From contig JAQGDQ010001003.1 in the NCBI GenBank assembly GCA_030141605.1, forward strand, positions 1 to 64,000: a DNA stretch of 64,000 nucleotides, read 5' to 3'. A program made the translations under genes and the position numbers. The notes beneath the pieces were generated by a model that had not been told where the DNA came from, did not search any database, and saw only the letters and a program-made list of their open reading frames with translations. This stretch comes from Tubiluchus corallicola. Its lineage: Eukaryota > Animalia > Priapulida. Of this stretch, positions 35,662-49,065 are shown piece after piece (the stretch's first letter is position 1; every line of letters starts with the position of its first letter).

Positions 35662-36569
35662 CAATAAAACACAATAAAATGGCAATACAACCAAATTCAC
35701 GTGTAAAAAATTACAATATGAACAAGTTTGTCATTTCATTGGTTTTTGATGTTTAGGTCCTTATAAAATTCATTTTCTACTAGACGTTTTGCATTAATAC
35801 AAGACAAGTTCAGTATTAGATCCAGTCACGCCAAGTTATTGAAATTGAGATCTAAATTTTAGTTCCCTCTTCGCATTTTTGTAACATTTTGCCTAAAGCA
35901 ATTGTTACCGTCTCAATTGATGGCAAATTGTTGACGATGACTTCAGCTAAACTCGTAAAATCAGTCAAGGTTTGTCAGAAATGACGTTTAAAACGCGCCA
36001 ATGTTGTCCAGCTGATGTTGCTGAATTGAGCCAAATTTCGAATTCCATTGAACTTACTCAATGTGCTATTAAGATATTTGAGTAGTCGTAGGGATCCAAT
36101 CACTCCACGCCCGTCGAGTGCTCTCAATCATTGCTCTTGATGTATCTAAATGCATAAATGAACTTCCAGCTAATGTTCACGTTGAATTATCCCGTGTTGG
36201 TGAACATAGTTTGAACACTATCGTTCTATAAATGAAATACTATTATTTGAATACGTTCTCATATGTCTATACGATTAGCCATTGTTATGTGTGTAGCAAA
36301 AATGATACAAGCAGATTTCTTATTATAGCTTTGTTACTTTTTGTGACGTTTAAATATGGAAATTGCATTTAAAGTGGAACAGTAATTGTTGATATCTACT
36401 AACTTGGCTATATTTAGCTACTTGACGAATTTTATTTCAATAACTTCAACTTAATTTTGGTTTTGTAAAGATGGCTGCCACGGTAGCGGCTTAGCCCCTA
36501 GTGGCGATGTCCTCAATTAGACTTTTTGAAATTAATGTGCTATTGTATTGAACGTCGAAATAAATGATA

Positions 36570-37095
36570 ATGAATGAATGAATGAGTGAGTGAAACAGTC
36601 AGTCAGTCAGTCAGTGAATGAATGAATGAATGATTGAACGAGTGAGTGAGTGAATGAATGAATGAGTGAGTGAATCAGTCAGTCAGTCAGTGAATGAATG
36701 AATGAATGATTGAACGAGTGAGTGAGTGAATGAATGAGTGAGTGAATGAATGAATAAATGAGAAAGCAAATGAATGAATAATGAGCTACTCATAACGAAT
36801 GAATGAACGAGTGAGTGAATCAGTCAGTCGTTCAGTCAGTGAATGATTGAATGAGTGAGTGAGTGAGTGAATGAATGAATGAGTGAGCGAATGAATGAAT
36901 GAGTTACTCATAACGAATGAATGAATGAGTGAGTGAATCAGTCAGTCAGGCAGTCAGTCAGTGAATGAATGAATGAATGATCGAATGAGTGAGTGAGTGA
37001 ATGAATGATTGAATGCGTGAGTGAGTGAATGAATGAATGAATGAATGAGTGACCGAATGAATGAATAATGAGTTACTCATAACGAATGAATGAAT
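36570..37095. repeat. (TGAA/TGAG/TCAG)n tetranucleotide array, probably an expanded retroelement tail
   Basis: Follows aataaa at about 36558. Confidence 0.9.
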
Positions 37096-37521
37096 AATAA
37101 TTACTCACAATTTTTTAGTCTAGCGTTTTATACTTGAGCAGGATGGTTGTGTTTCGAAACAACCAAATAAATGGTTTTAAATGGAGTTATTCAGTCACTT
37201 ATTTACTAGGAGACAAACTTCTCACGTTAGTAACTGTAGAGCATGCTTTAGCTGCGTGGTACTTGACCGGCTAGTTAATGATGCGGTTTAGAATTTCCAT
37301 AGCAGTCCAGTATAGCATCATCTGCAGCCTCCCCATCAGTACCACGTGGCGACATAAGGCAGTTCTCCGCAGGCAAGCCGGATACCAGGAATATTTCTGG
37401 TCATAAGTCGACATGTGATTCACGAATTATTTCCCTTGGTTTATTTGCAGTTTATTTACTTCCGTAGTGGAAAAAAGCGTCTTTTACCATTTTTCCTCAG
37501 TCTTTGCCAAATGCTATGCGT

Positions 37522-38165
37522 TTAATGCAAGGAAGATACGATAATTTTTCGCATACTACCACATTTTCGATTCCTATAAAAAGTATACATTTTATAACAC
37601 AATTAATACTGTATATGTATGGATAATGTATGTATAAATGTATGTATGTATACAATTAATGTATAAATTTAACACAATTAACACTGCAATAGCGTTTCTG
37701 ATAATTTTAACTGCTGCCAAGCCCAACTAATGATGACATCAAACAGCAAAAATATTCCACGAGCGTTTTGCACGTGTTTACGAAAGAGAAAATTGAAGTA
37801 CAGTGCTACTGTAAGAGATTCAATGTGTTGTAATAAACTAGGCAAATTTTAAGATAAAAATTCAAATTTCAAATTTACTGCTGTGCTCAGTTGTCGAACA
37901 TGTGTAGTGCGTCAGAAACTAACACATTTGAACCGAGAGGTACAGCACCTGTTTTTGTATAATGCGTTTCCGAAATGCAGCCGCTAGTGCCCGTCTAACC
38001 AGCGAATGGCGAAATGCATGTAATAGTGAAGAACTGGTGGTGCGAACGTGAAATTGCGCTTGTGTGGTAATAATTCTTTCACGTAAGTCATTCTTGAAAA
38101 AAATAGTGTGTTTTCGTAGGATTGTTTTGATCTACAGTTTAAGATTGGGTCCGGTTTTGCTTTAA
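37522..38165. mobile_element. Family K2 TTAA element (Kolobok-like), near full length
   Basis: Left end matches 42316-42420 (TTAAAGGAAGACAGG); right end CCGGTTTTGCTTTAA is also at 52964; the two ends are imperfect inverted repeats. Confidence 0.6.
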
Positions 38166-38375
38166 GGAAGAGTTGGTTAGACTATCCCTACAAGTAAAGT
38201 GTTTACTTTTATTTCAAATGGACAGGGTTGTAACTATTTCCTTATTTGGGAGTTAGCTTTCTTATAAAATCTTTACGTTTGTCACATAAAGATCGTCAGA
38301 TGTTGATCACGTGATAAACTTAGCACGTACGTATATGTCGTGGTTTTCTGTGGCAGTTTCAATGCAAAAACGTAA

Positions 38376-38619
38376 GGGCACGTTCAGACTAGCGAGTTTT
38401 CCTTCTGACAGGAAACTCGCAAGTGTGAACTGCTTTGCGACTTACTGTCGGGAAAAAATTGCAAACTTCGCGCGCTGTGTGTCAGCTTACTGTCTTCTTA
38501 TTGTCGGAGAGTAACTCGCAGCAAGTTAATGTCAGAGAATAACTTGCTGCGAGTTACTCTCCGACAGTAACTCGCGGCAAGTTACTGTCAGAGAGTAACT
38601 TGCTAGTCTGAACGTTCCC
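38376..38619. mobile_element. PIF/Harbinger (Tourist-like) MITE
   Basis: TAA-gggcacgttcagactagcgag ... ttgctagtctgaacgttccc-TAA; TAA TSD. Confidence 0.82.
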
Positions 38620-39889
38620 TAATGCTTCTAAGCCCTTAATTTTACCTCTGTTTGCAGTAGAACTGGTTTGTCTGGAGTACAATGATTTGTGATCACTGTC
38701 GGAGAGTAACTCGCAGCAAGTTACTGTCAGAGAGTAACTTGTTAGTCTGAACGTTCCCTAATGCTTCTAAGCCCTTAATTTTACTTCTGTTTGCAGTAGA
38801 ACTGGTTTGTCTGGAGTACAATGATTTGTGATCACCATTTCTGATTTTGGTCATGACAACGCTGTGTTGAATGTGTAACTTAATAGGCCACAATAGGCGT
38901 TTGATATTAGAAATTTACGTATAGGCAGCTCTATCGTGACTGCTTTAAGAAATTCATCAAGCAAGTCTTCTGATTTAAGCTTCACATAGCGAATGGTACA
39001 GTAACTGGGCTTCACTGTAGTGTAATGTATAGGTACGTGGTTTCACTTCAGAGCTGGGCTTCTCAAACCATGCTTTTACGACTAGCTCATTATGCGTGGA
39101 GTTCTCGACTAACCGTAATTGTTTTGAACTCATTGGAGTGCCTAGAAATTGCTCTGAACTCAGTCAGGCAAGATTTTGCCACATCTACACGCCCAGCAAA
39201 CGACAGATTCTAAACAAAATTGTAACCAAACAATAATTATAGCTATACAGCACTTACAAGCAATAAAAACAATGGCACACAAAATCAACAAAAGTATGCC
39301 CCAGGCGCCAAAAAGGAGTTTTCGTGTTTTTGAAAGAATTTCTTGATTAAACTCATTTGCTGATCGTTGAAGATGGTGTCATGGTTGATGTCATGATGAT
39401 GATGATGATGTCATGATGTCAGAGTTCATTATTAGAGTCGTTCTGAATATCTTAGGGTTAAAATTCTTGCCAACAAGATAGGATTTATCCATTAATTCTA
39501 TTAATTCTTATTAAGGTAAAGTTGTGTTTTGGTTGTCCTTGGTAAAACTTTGTTTTTCTCATTAGAGCATGAGAATTACTTTCTGTTGTTCGTAGTTTTT
39601 TTACATTCTGTTGTAAAATCATCACTGTAAATTGGCTTCCAAATTAGTAATTGGCTTCTCTCTTAGTCATTACTCTGTGAGGTTTGTGTTTTTCAAGAGA
39701 TTGTCACTGGTTGTTGTTGATTGTTATTGTTGACAATAAAATGATCAAAACTGGATGTTTTATGGAACATCAGTAGGCGATAATACGGCTTGAAAAAGTA
39801 TTGCGCGATATGACTAGGAAATTTGTCACAGAACCATCCTTACCGGCTTCCCGTAAAGTCATTGTTAATGTTTACCTACAGTGCTGGTG

Positions 39890-41550
39890 GTTTCCTGCAG
39901 AATCATTGTTAGTGGTTTCCTACAGAATCATTGTTAGTGGTTTCCTACAGAATCATTGTTAGGGCCTTCCTACAGAATCATTGTTAGTGGTTTCCTACAG
40001 AATCATTGTTTCTTCCTACAGCATCATTGTTAGTGCCTTCGTACAGAATCATTGTTAGTGGTTTCCTGCAGGATCATTGTTAGTGGTTTTCTACTGCATC
40101 ATTCTTCGGTGCTTCCTACAGAGTCATTGTTAGTGCCTTTCTACAGAATCATTGTTAGTGGTTTCCTACAGAATCATTGTTAGTGGTTTCCTACAGAATC
40201 ATTGTTAGTGGTTTCTCTACAGAATCATTGTTAGTGCCTTCCTACAGAATCATTGTTAGTGGTTTCCTACAGAATCATTGTTAGTGCCTTCCTACAGAAT
40301 CATTGTTAGTGGTTTCCTGCAGAATCATTGTTAGTGGTTTCCTACAGAATCATTGTTAGTGCCTTCCTACAGAATCATTGTTAATGATTTTCTACAGAAT
40401 CATTGTTAGTGCCTTCCTACAGAATCATTGTTAGTGGTTTTCTGCAGTGTCATTGTTAGTGGCTTCCTACACAATCATTGTTAGTTGTTTCCTACAGAAT
40501 CATTGTTAGTGCCTTCCTACAGAATCATTGTTAGTGCCTTCGTACAGAATCATTGTTAGTGCCTTCCTACAGTATCATTGTACTTCATGTGGACAAATGC
40601 TCCTACAGAATCAGTAGTGGTTTCTTACAGTATCATTGTTACTAATTTTCTACAGAACCATCGTTACTGATTTCCTACAGAATCATCGTCACCGGTTCCC
40701 TAAAGAGCCATTGTTACTAATTTCCTACAGAACTGTTGTTATTGATTTCCTAAAGAACCATTGTCACAGGTTCCCTACAGAACCATTGTTACTAATTACC
40801 TACAGAATAATTGTTACTGGTTTCCTACAGAATCATTGTTACTAATTTCCTACAGAACCATTGTTGCTGATTCCCTACAGAACCATTGTTACTAATTACC
40901 TACAGAACCATTGTTACTGATTTCCTACAGAATCATTGTTACTGGTTCGCTACAGAACCATTGTTACTAATTTACTACAGAACCATTGTTGCTGATTCCC
41001 TACAGAACCATTGTTACTGGTTTCCTACAGAATAATTGTCACTGGTTCCTACAAACAAACTAATTACCTACTACAGAACCATTGTTACTGATTTCCTACA
41101 GAACCATTGTTACTAATTACCTACAGAACCATTGTTACTAATTTCCTACAGAACCAGTTACTAATTACTACAGAAGTACTGATTTCACAGAACCATTGTA
41201 CTACCTACAGAACATTGTTACTGATTTCCTACAGAATCAGTGTTACTGGTTCGCTACAGAACCATTGTCACTAATTTCCCACAGAACCATTGTTACTGAT
41301 TTCCTACAGAATCATTGTTACTGATTCGCTGCAGAACCATTGTTGCTAATTTCCTACAGAACCATTGTCACAGGTTCCCTACAGAACCATTGTTACTAAT
41401 TACCTACAGAACCATTGTTACTGGTTTCCTACAGAATCATTGTTACTGATTCGCTGCAGAACCATTGTTACTAAATACCTACAGAACCATTGTTACTCAT
41501 TTCCTACAGAACCATTGTTACTAATTTCCTACAGAATCATTGTTACTGTT
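39890..41550. repeat. 25-bp satellite (tacagaatcattgttagtggtttcc), two variant sub-domains
   Basis: Tandem array; the variant switches at about 40600. Confidence 0.96.
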
Positions 41551-42064
41551 TTTGTGCGCAATATTGGCCATTTTTACAGAATATGCATACGTAGTTTCTA
41601 GCAGTCATTGTTAGCAGTTTCCCTTAAAATTATTGCTGGGTTTTCCAAGCAATTATAATTATTGGCTTCTTTCGGTTGAAATCAAACTTCAGTTGATGAA
41701 CTTGCTGTAGACTTGATTACGCCTAAGTGTCTCTGCACGGCAACCAAAATTCCAGCCTGTTTTGCAAAATGCCTCCCTAAAAATAAACAACGGTTATTTG
41801 TAGCCGCACGGCAGCGTTTAATTCGTCGGATAAACTATGCTTGTGTGCAAAAACGCAGGAACAAATCGCTGCTAACATGGAAGCTGAAAGAACCAAATCT
41901 TCATCCGGTTGCCAATGGCGAAAGGATGCCGCATCCCAGAAATGGCTGACTCAGAAATAGCAACGTAGCTTGTGTAAACGGGAGTGTTTACTTCACAGTG
42001 CCAGAGATCTGGCTAATGTCGTGGCGTCAAGAATTCGCCCGTGTTTTTCGGGGCTGACCTTGGT

Positions 42065-42078
42065 GTTGCTATAGCAAC
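42065..42078. promoter_or_regulatory. Palindromic RFX X-box-like motif GTTGCTATAGCAAC
   Basis: Perfect 14-bp palindrome in a unique, GC-richer patch; AP-1-like TGACTCA at 41947. Confidence 0.4.
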
Positions 42079-42775
42079 GGGGAAGCTGCTCCCGCCTTCT
42101 TTGAAACTTAGTAGTTAAACTTATTAGCACACATCACTTGTTGTGTTTCAGGACTCATCTTATCTTAACGCTCAGTTTTTTAGATCAATTAAGTTAAATA
42201 ACCTTGAATTTGTTCATATGTTGGATGATTGGAGGGAAAGCGGGGTACAAACGGAATCTAGTACACTGAGCAGGTTGTTATAGTTTATTTACGTTGAGCT
42301 ATGTTTATTTGTTGTTTAAAGGAAGACAGGATGATTTTTCATATACTACCCTATTTTCAAGTCTGATAAAAAGTATACATTTTTACACAATTAATACTAC
42401 AAAAGCGTTTCTGATAATTAAATTATAGATTAAAAACTTAATTAACGGTGAGCGAGCCCAGCTATATTCAGGTTTTGCTTTAAAGGACTAATGTTTTTTC
42501 CAGCTATATTGTCTGCTGTTGCCTTGTTTTAAATCTAATTTGGTACATGCTTTAATCCTCTTCATTCATTGTCTCAAACTCAATGTATAGCTTGTCTGAT
42601 GCAACTTGCCCTGTGCCGTATGTATAAACTTCAAGTCGAAGGTGAAGACTCCATTTTGTACTTTTCAAGTTTTGCATTGAGACGCCTCATAGCAATTTTA
42701 CGTCATCCGGGTTATAAATTCTAACAGGCAAATAAACCTGCCGAGTTTCAAGTTAACCTACTGAATCAACAAGAA

Positions 42776-45040
42776 AGCGTGGAACTGCTGATGCGGGCCG
42801 CCCTGTGTGGGAACATTAGGGGTTAACACATTGAATCAATGTGGAACTGCTGATACAGGCTGTCCTGTGTGGGAACATTAGGGGTTAAGACATTGAATCA
42901 ATGTGGAACTGCCCGATGCGGGCCGCCCTGTGTGGGAACATTAGGGGTTAAGACATTGAATCAATGTGGAACTGCTGATGCAGGCCGCCCTGTGTGGGAA
43001 CATTAGGGGTTAACACATTGAATCAATGTGGAACTGCTGATGCGGGCCGCCCTGTGTGGGAACATTAGGGGTTAAGACATTGAATCAATGTGGAACTGCT
43101 GATGCGGGCCGCCCTGTGTGGGAACATTAGGGGTTAAGACATTGAATCAATGTGGAACTGCTGATGCGGGCCGCCCTGTGTGGGAACATTAGGGGTTAAC
43201 TCATTGAATCAACGTGGAACCACCTGATGCAGGCTGCCCTGTGTGGGAATATTAGGGGTTAACTCATTGAATCAACGTGGAACCACCTGATGCAGGCTGC
43301 CCTGTGTGGGAATATTAGGGGTTAACACACTGAATTAATGTGGAACTGCCTGATGCAGGCTGTCCTGTGTGGGAATATTAGGGGTTAACACATTGAATCA
43401 ATGTGGAACTGCTGATGCGGGCCGCCCTGTGTGGGAACATTAGGGGTTAACACATTGAATCAATGTGGAACTGCTGATGCGGGCCGCCCTGTGTGGGAAC
43501 ATTAGGGGTTAACTCATTGAATCAACGTGGAACCACCTGATGCAGGCTGCCCTGTGTGGGAATATTAGGGGTTAACACATTGAATCAATGTGGAACTGCT
43601 GATGCAGGCTGTCCTGTGTGGGAACATTAGGGGTTAACACACTGAATTAATGTGGAACTGCCTGATGCAGGCTGTCCTGTGTGGGAATATTAGGGGTTAA
43701 CACATTGAATCAATGTGGAACTGCCCGATGCAGGCTGCCCTGTGTGGAAATATTAGGGGTTAAGACATTGAATCAATGTGGAACTGCTGATGCAGGCCGC
43801 CCTGTGTGGGAATATTAGGGGTTAAGACATTGAATTAATGTGGAACTGCCCGATGCAGGCTGCCTTGTGTGGAAATATTAGGGGTTAACACATTGAATCA
43901 ACGTGGAACGGCTGATGCAGGGTGCCCTGTGTGGGAATATTAGGGGTTAACACACTGAATTAATGTGGAACTGCTGATGCAGGGTGCCCTGTGTGGGAAT
44001 ATTAGGGGTTAACACATTGAATCAATGTGGAACTGCTGATGCAGGCTGTCCTGTGTGGGAATATTAGGGGTTAACACATTGAATCAATGTGGAACTGCTG
44101 ATGCAGGCCGCCCTGTGTGGGAATATTAGGGGTTAACACATTGAATCAATGTGGAACTGCTGATGCAGGGTGCCCTGTGTGGGAATATTAGGTGTTAACA
44201 CATTGAATCAATGTGGAACTGCTGATGCAGGCCGCCCTGTGTGGGAATATTAGGTGTTAACACATTGAATCAATGTGGAACTGCTGATGCAGGCTGTCCT
44301 GTGTGGGAATATTAGGGGTTAACACATTGAATCAATGTGGAACTGCTGATGCAGGCTGCCCTGTGTGGCAATATTAGGTGTTAACACATTGAATCAATGT
44401 GGAACTGCTGATGCAGGGTGCCCTGTGTGGGAATATTAGGTGTTAACACATTGAATCAATGTGGAACTGCTGATGCAGGCCGCCCTGTGTGGGAATATTA
44501 GGTGTTAACACATTGAATCAATGTGGAACTGCTGATGCAGGCCGCCCTGTGTGGGAATATCAGGTGTTAACACATTGAATCAATGTGGAACTGCTGATGC
44601 AGGGTGCCCTGTGTGGGAATATTAGGGGTTAACTAATTGAATCAACGTGGAACTGCTGATGCAGGCTGTCCTGTGTGGGAATATTAGGGGTTAACACATT
44701 GAATCAATGTGGAACTGCTGATGCAGGGTGTCCTGTGTGGGAATATTAGGGGTTAACACATTGAATCAATGTGGAACTGCTGATGCAGGCTGTCCTGTGT
44801 GGGAATATTAGGGGTTAACACATTGAATCAATGTGGAACTGCTGATGCAGGCTGTCCTGTGTGGGAATATTAGGGGTTAACTAATTGAATCAACGTGGAA
44901 CTGCCCGATGCAGGCTGCCCTGCGTTGGTAACTCATCGAATCAACGTGGAACTGCCCGATGCAGGCTGTCCTGTGTTGGTAACTCATCGAATCAACGTGG
45001 AACTGCCCGATGTAGGTTGTCTTGTGTTGGGAATATTAGA
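42776..45040. repeat. 62-63-bp satellite, about 36 units
   Basis: aatcaatgtggaactgctgatgc.ggc.g.cctgtgtgggaa.attaggggttaacacattg. Confidence 0.97.
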
Positions 45041-45689
45041 AAAATCTGGAGAAAAATCGACATCTATTCGCTTGCTGTAGCATGCTTGTGCAGATGTTTT
45101 ATTGACAGACATATAGTCACTGCGGGATGGCCATATGGCTGCCTCATTTACATGGCTTCCAAAAATGTGTGCCAGCCGTGCACGAGGCGTTTATGAGTAA
45201 CTTGGCTTCGGTAATAAACAGCATTTTCAGGCATTTGTACTTTCTGATAATGCTAGTGCAAAACTAGCTTTAAAAAAACTTGGCTTCTGTTGGAATTGCG
45301 TTTTTTCTCATGAATGAATGTTTTGTAAGTGAAAAAACTAGTTCGGATACCTACTTCCGCTAAATTTACCAGCCGGCAAAACTGATGGCAGTGAATGATA
45401 ATAGCCAAATTACAATTACCAACTGGCAAACGATACAAACAACTGACAAGGACAAGTGATTCGTTAACCGCCATCAATATGTTTACAGAAAGCCAATAGC
45501 AATGACTCTACAGGAAGCCACTAGCAATAACAACAACAGTTCTGTAGAAAGCCACAAACATTGAAAGTGTAAGAAAGAATTAATTGTGGGAAACTGCTGC
45601 CATGGTTCCTAAATGAAACCACTAACAATAATTTTTGTAGGTACCATTAATCCGTGTCCTGCACGAAACCACTAACGTAGATCCTGCTT

Positions 45690-46990
45690 GAAATCACTAA
45701 CAATGATTTTTGTAAGTAACTATTGTTAATACTTCCATAAGTAATTACTAATATAGGTTCCATGGGAAACCACTAATAATGATTTTTGTAAGTAACTATT
45801 GTTAATACTTCCATAAGTAATTACTAATATAGGTTCCATGGGAACCACTAACAATGATTTTTGTAAGTAACTATTGTTAATACTTCCATGAGTAATTACT
45901 AATATTGGTTATATGGGAAAACACTAACAATGATTTTTGTAAGTGACTATTGTTAATACTTCCATGAGTAATTACTAATATAGGTTCAATGGGAAACCAT
46001 TAATAATGATTTTTGTAAGTGACTATTGCTAATACTTCCACGAGTAATTACTAATATAGGTTCCATGGGAAACCACTAATAATGATTTTTGTAAGTAACT
46101 ATTGTTAATACTTCCATGAGTAATTACTAATATAGGTTCCATGGGAAACCACTAATAATGATTTTTGTAAGTGACTATTGCTAATACTTCCACGAGTAAT
46201 TACTAATATAGGTTCCATGGGAAACCATTAATAATGATTTTTGTAAGTAACTATTGTTAATTCTTCCATGAGTAATTAGTAATATAGGTTCCATGGGAAC
46301 CACTAACAATGATTTTTGTAAGTAACTATTGTTAATACTTCCACGAGTAATTACTAATATAGGTTCCATGGGAAACCACTAACAATTATTTTTGTAACTA
46401 TTGTTAATACTTCCATGAGTAATTACTAATACAGGTTCCATGGGAAACCATTAATAATGATTTTTGTAAGTAACTATTGTTAATACTTCCGTGAGTAATT
46501 AGTAATATAGGTTCCATGGGAAACCACTAATAATGATTTTGTAAGTAACTATTGTTAATACTTCCGTGAGTAATTACTAATATAGGTTCCATGGGAAACC
46601 ACTAATAATGATTTTGTAAGTAACTATTGTTAATACTTCCGTGAGTAATTAGTAATATAGGTTCCATGGGAAACCACTAACAATTATTTTTGTAACTATT
46701 GTTAATACTTCCATGAGTAATTACTAATATAGGTTCCATGGGAAACCACTAATAATGATTTTTGTAAGTAACTATTGTTAATACTTCCGTGAGTAATTAC
46801 TAATATAGGTTCCATGGGAAACCACTAATAATGATTTTTGTAAGTAACTATTGTTAATACTTCCATAAGTAATTACTAATATAGGTTCCATGGGAAATCA
46901 CTAACAATGATTTTTGTAAGTAACTATTGTTAATACTTCCATGAGTAATTACTAATACAGGATCTATGGGAAACCACTAACAATCATTTT
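45690..46990. repeat. 76-bp higher-order repeat (3 x about 25 bp), inverted relative of the 39.9-kb satellite
   Basis: Period 76 (45760 to 45836); contains ggaaaccactaacaatgatt, the reverse complement of aatcattgttagtggtttcc. Confidence 0.95.
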
Positions 46991-47579
46991 TGAAGAAAAC
47001 TATTAGCAAATGTCCTGCGGGAAACCACTAAAAATGTTTTTTTTGTAGAAACCTAGTAACAACAGTTTTGTGGGACACTACTTAACATATGTTATAAGGA
47101 TTATATACTAACCATTAACAGTGGTCCTGCTGGAAACCACTAGGTCCACATGAAACTACAAACAAAGACTACAAAAACCGATTCCGTAGAATTCAAAGCC
47201 TTATACAATATTTCTAGCTACCAGTCACTAACGTTTCTGTCACTTCTGGGAAATCTTTGTCTATAGTTGCCAGGAAACCACTAATAATTGTAGCATTCTG
47301 AAAGAACCCGCTGATACTGTGGCAACTCAGTAAAGAAAATGGTAACACTGATTTCAGTAGGAACTACTAACAATGAGGTTTTTGAAGTCTTGTATGAAAT
47401 ACAGAAAACAGCGAATGCATTCATTCAAAGTAATTTCTTCATTACATTGATTATCAATAATTTGTTTATTTACATGATACATTTGGTATTAAATGCGTAC
47501 TTTCAAATGTTAGGTGCTATCTTGGCTTTTTTAAAGCCGTACCTTGTTGTAATATTTACCTTAAAAGTGTTTTGATAGA

Positions 47580-48400
47580 TGCAAAGTTTGTACCACTCTA
47601 CTAACAGTTAGTTTGTTGCTTGCAAGGATTGTACCACCTTACAAACAATTAGTTTGCTGTGGGCAAAGATTGTACTATACTATGAACAGTTAGTTTGTTG
47701 CTTTCAAGGATTGTACCACCTTACAAACAATTAGTTTGCTGTGGGCAAAGATTGTACTATACTATGAACAGTTAGTTTGTTGCTTGCAAGGATTGTACCA
47801 CCTTACAAACAATTAGTTTGCTGTGTGCAAAGGTTGTACTATACTATGAACAGTTAGTTTGTTGCTTGCAAGGATTGTACCACCTTACAAACAATTAGTT
47901 TGCTGTGGGCAAAGATTGTACTATACTATGAACAGTTAGTTTGTTGCTTTCAAGGATTGTACCACCTTACAAACAATTAGTTTGCTGTGGGCAAAGATTG
48001 TACTATACTATGAACAGTTAGTTTGTTGCTTGCAAGGATTGTACCACCTTACAAACAATTAGTTTGCTGTGTGCAAAGGTTGTACTATACTATGAACAGT
48101 TAGTTTGTTGCTTGCAAGGATTGTACCACCTTACAAACAATTAGTTTGCTGTGGGCAAAGATTGTACTATACTATGAACAGTTAGTTTGTTGCATGCAAG
48201 GATTGTACCACCTTACAAATAATTAGTCTGCTGTGTGCAAAGATTGTGCTATAGTATGAACAGATAGTTTGTTGCATTCAATGATTGTACAACCTTACAA
48301 ATAATTAGTTTGCTGTGTGCAAAGACTGTACAATGCCATAAGCAGTTAGCCTGCATGCAAGGATTGTAGCACGCTACAAACAGTTACTTTGCTCTGTGCA
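47580..48400. repeat. 82-bp repeat (dimer of 41-bp subunits)
   Basis: Alternating ttgtaccaccttacaaacaattagtttg and ttgtactatactatgaacagttagtttg halves. Confidence 0.95.
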
Positions 48401-48571
48401 AGTGTATATAATAGGGCAGATTGCGCTTTGGCTTGAGAAAGTGTAAACTATTTAATTATAAGACGCTGAGAATATTGAGTTACTGTAATTCTGTACTGTC
48501 ACTTTCTAAACTAAACAAAATGGTTTCCTGACTTCAACAAAAGATGTCATTTGTTTTGCAGGCTGCAAGTA

Positions 48572-49065
48572 CAGTGGACTCTCGTTATAAGAATCACCTC
48601 GGGAGAAGGCAAAATGATTATCATAACAAGCGATTCTTATAACGAGCATGACCCAGAATTGCTTTAAAAAATTTTTATGCACATAAAAATTATTTATTTC
48701 CCGAAATCACGCTAGAAACGACATGAAACAGCATAATGTTTTTCTGGCCTAAAAAGGACCTAAAAATTACTAGACTAATGTTTTCATTTCATGGTTGGGT
48801 AAATATTTCATGATGCCAGAATTGCCTTAAAAATTTTTTAATGCACATAATTTTTTTCCGCCACGCCCACTGCGCAGAACCTTGTAAGCAGGGCGTGAGA
48901 GACAATGGAGTTGGCGCCAAAATTGATTCTACTATCGAAAGAAGGGTGATTCTTATACGAGCGGATTTTCACTAGGAAAATGCTGATTCAATTCGGGAAA
49001 CGCGATTTTGATTCTTATATCGAGCTGATTCTTATACGTATGATTCTTGTAACGAGAGTCCACTG
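48572..49065. mobile_element. pogo/Tigger-like MITE
   Basis: TA-cagtggactctcgttataagaatca ... tgattcttgtaacgagagtccactg-TA; 25-bp TIR with one mismatch. Confidence 0.88.

Noticed and set aside
42776-45040. Telomere-like TTAGGGG motif
   Set aside because: Occurs once per 62-bp unit and never as a tandem telomeric tract.
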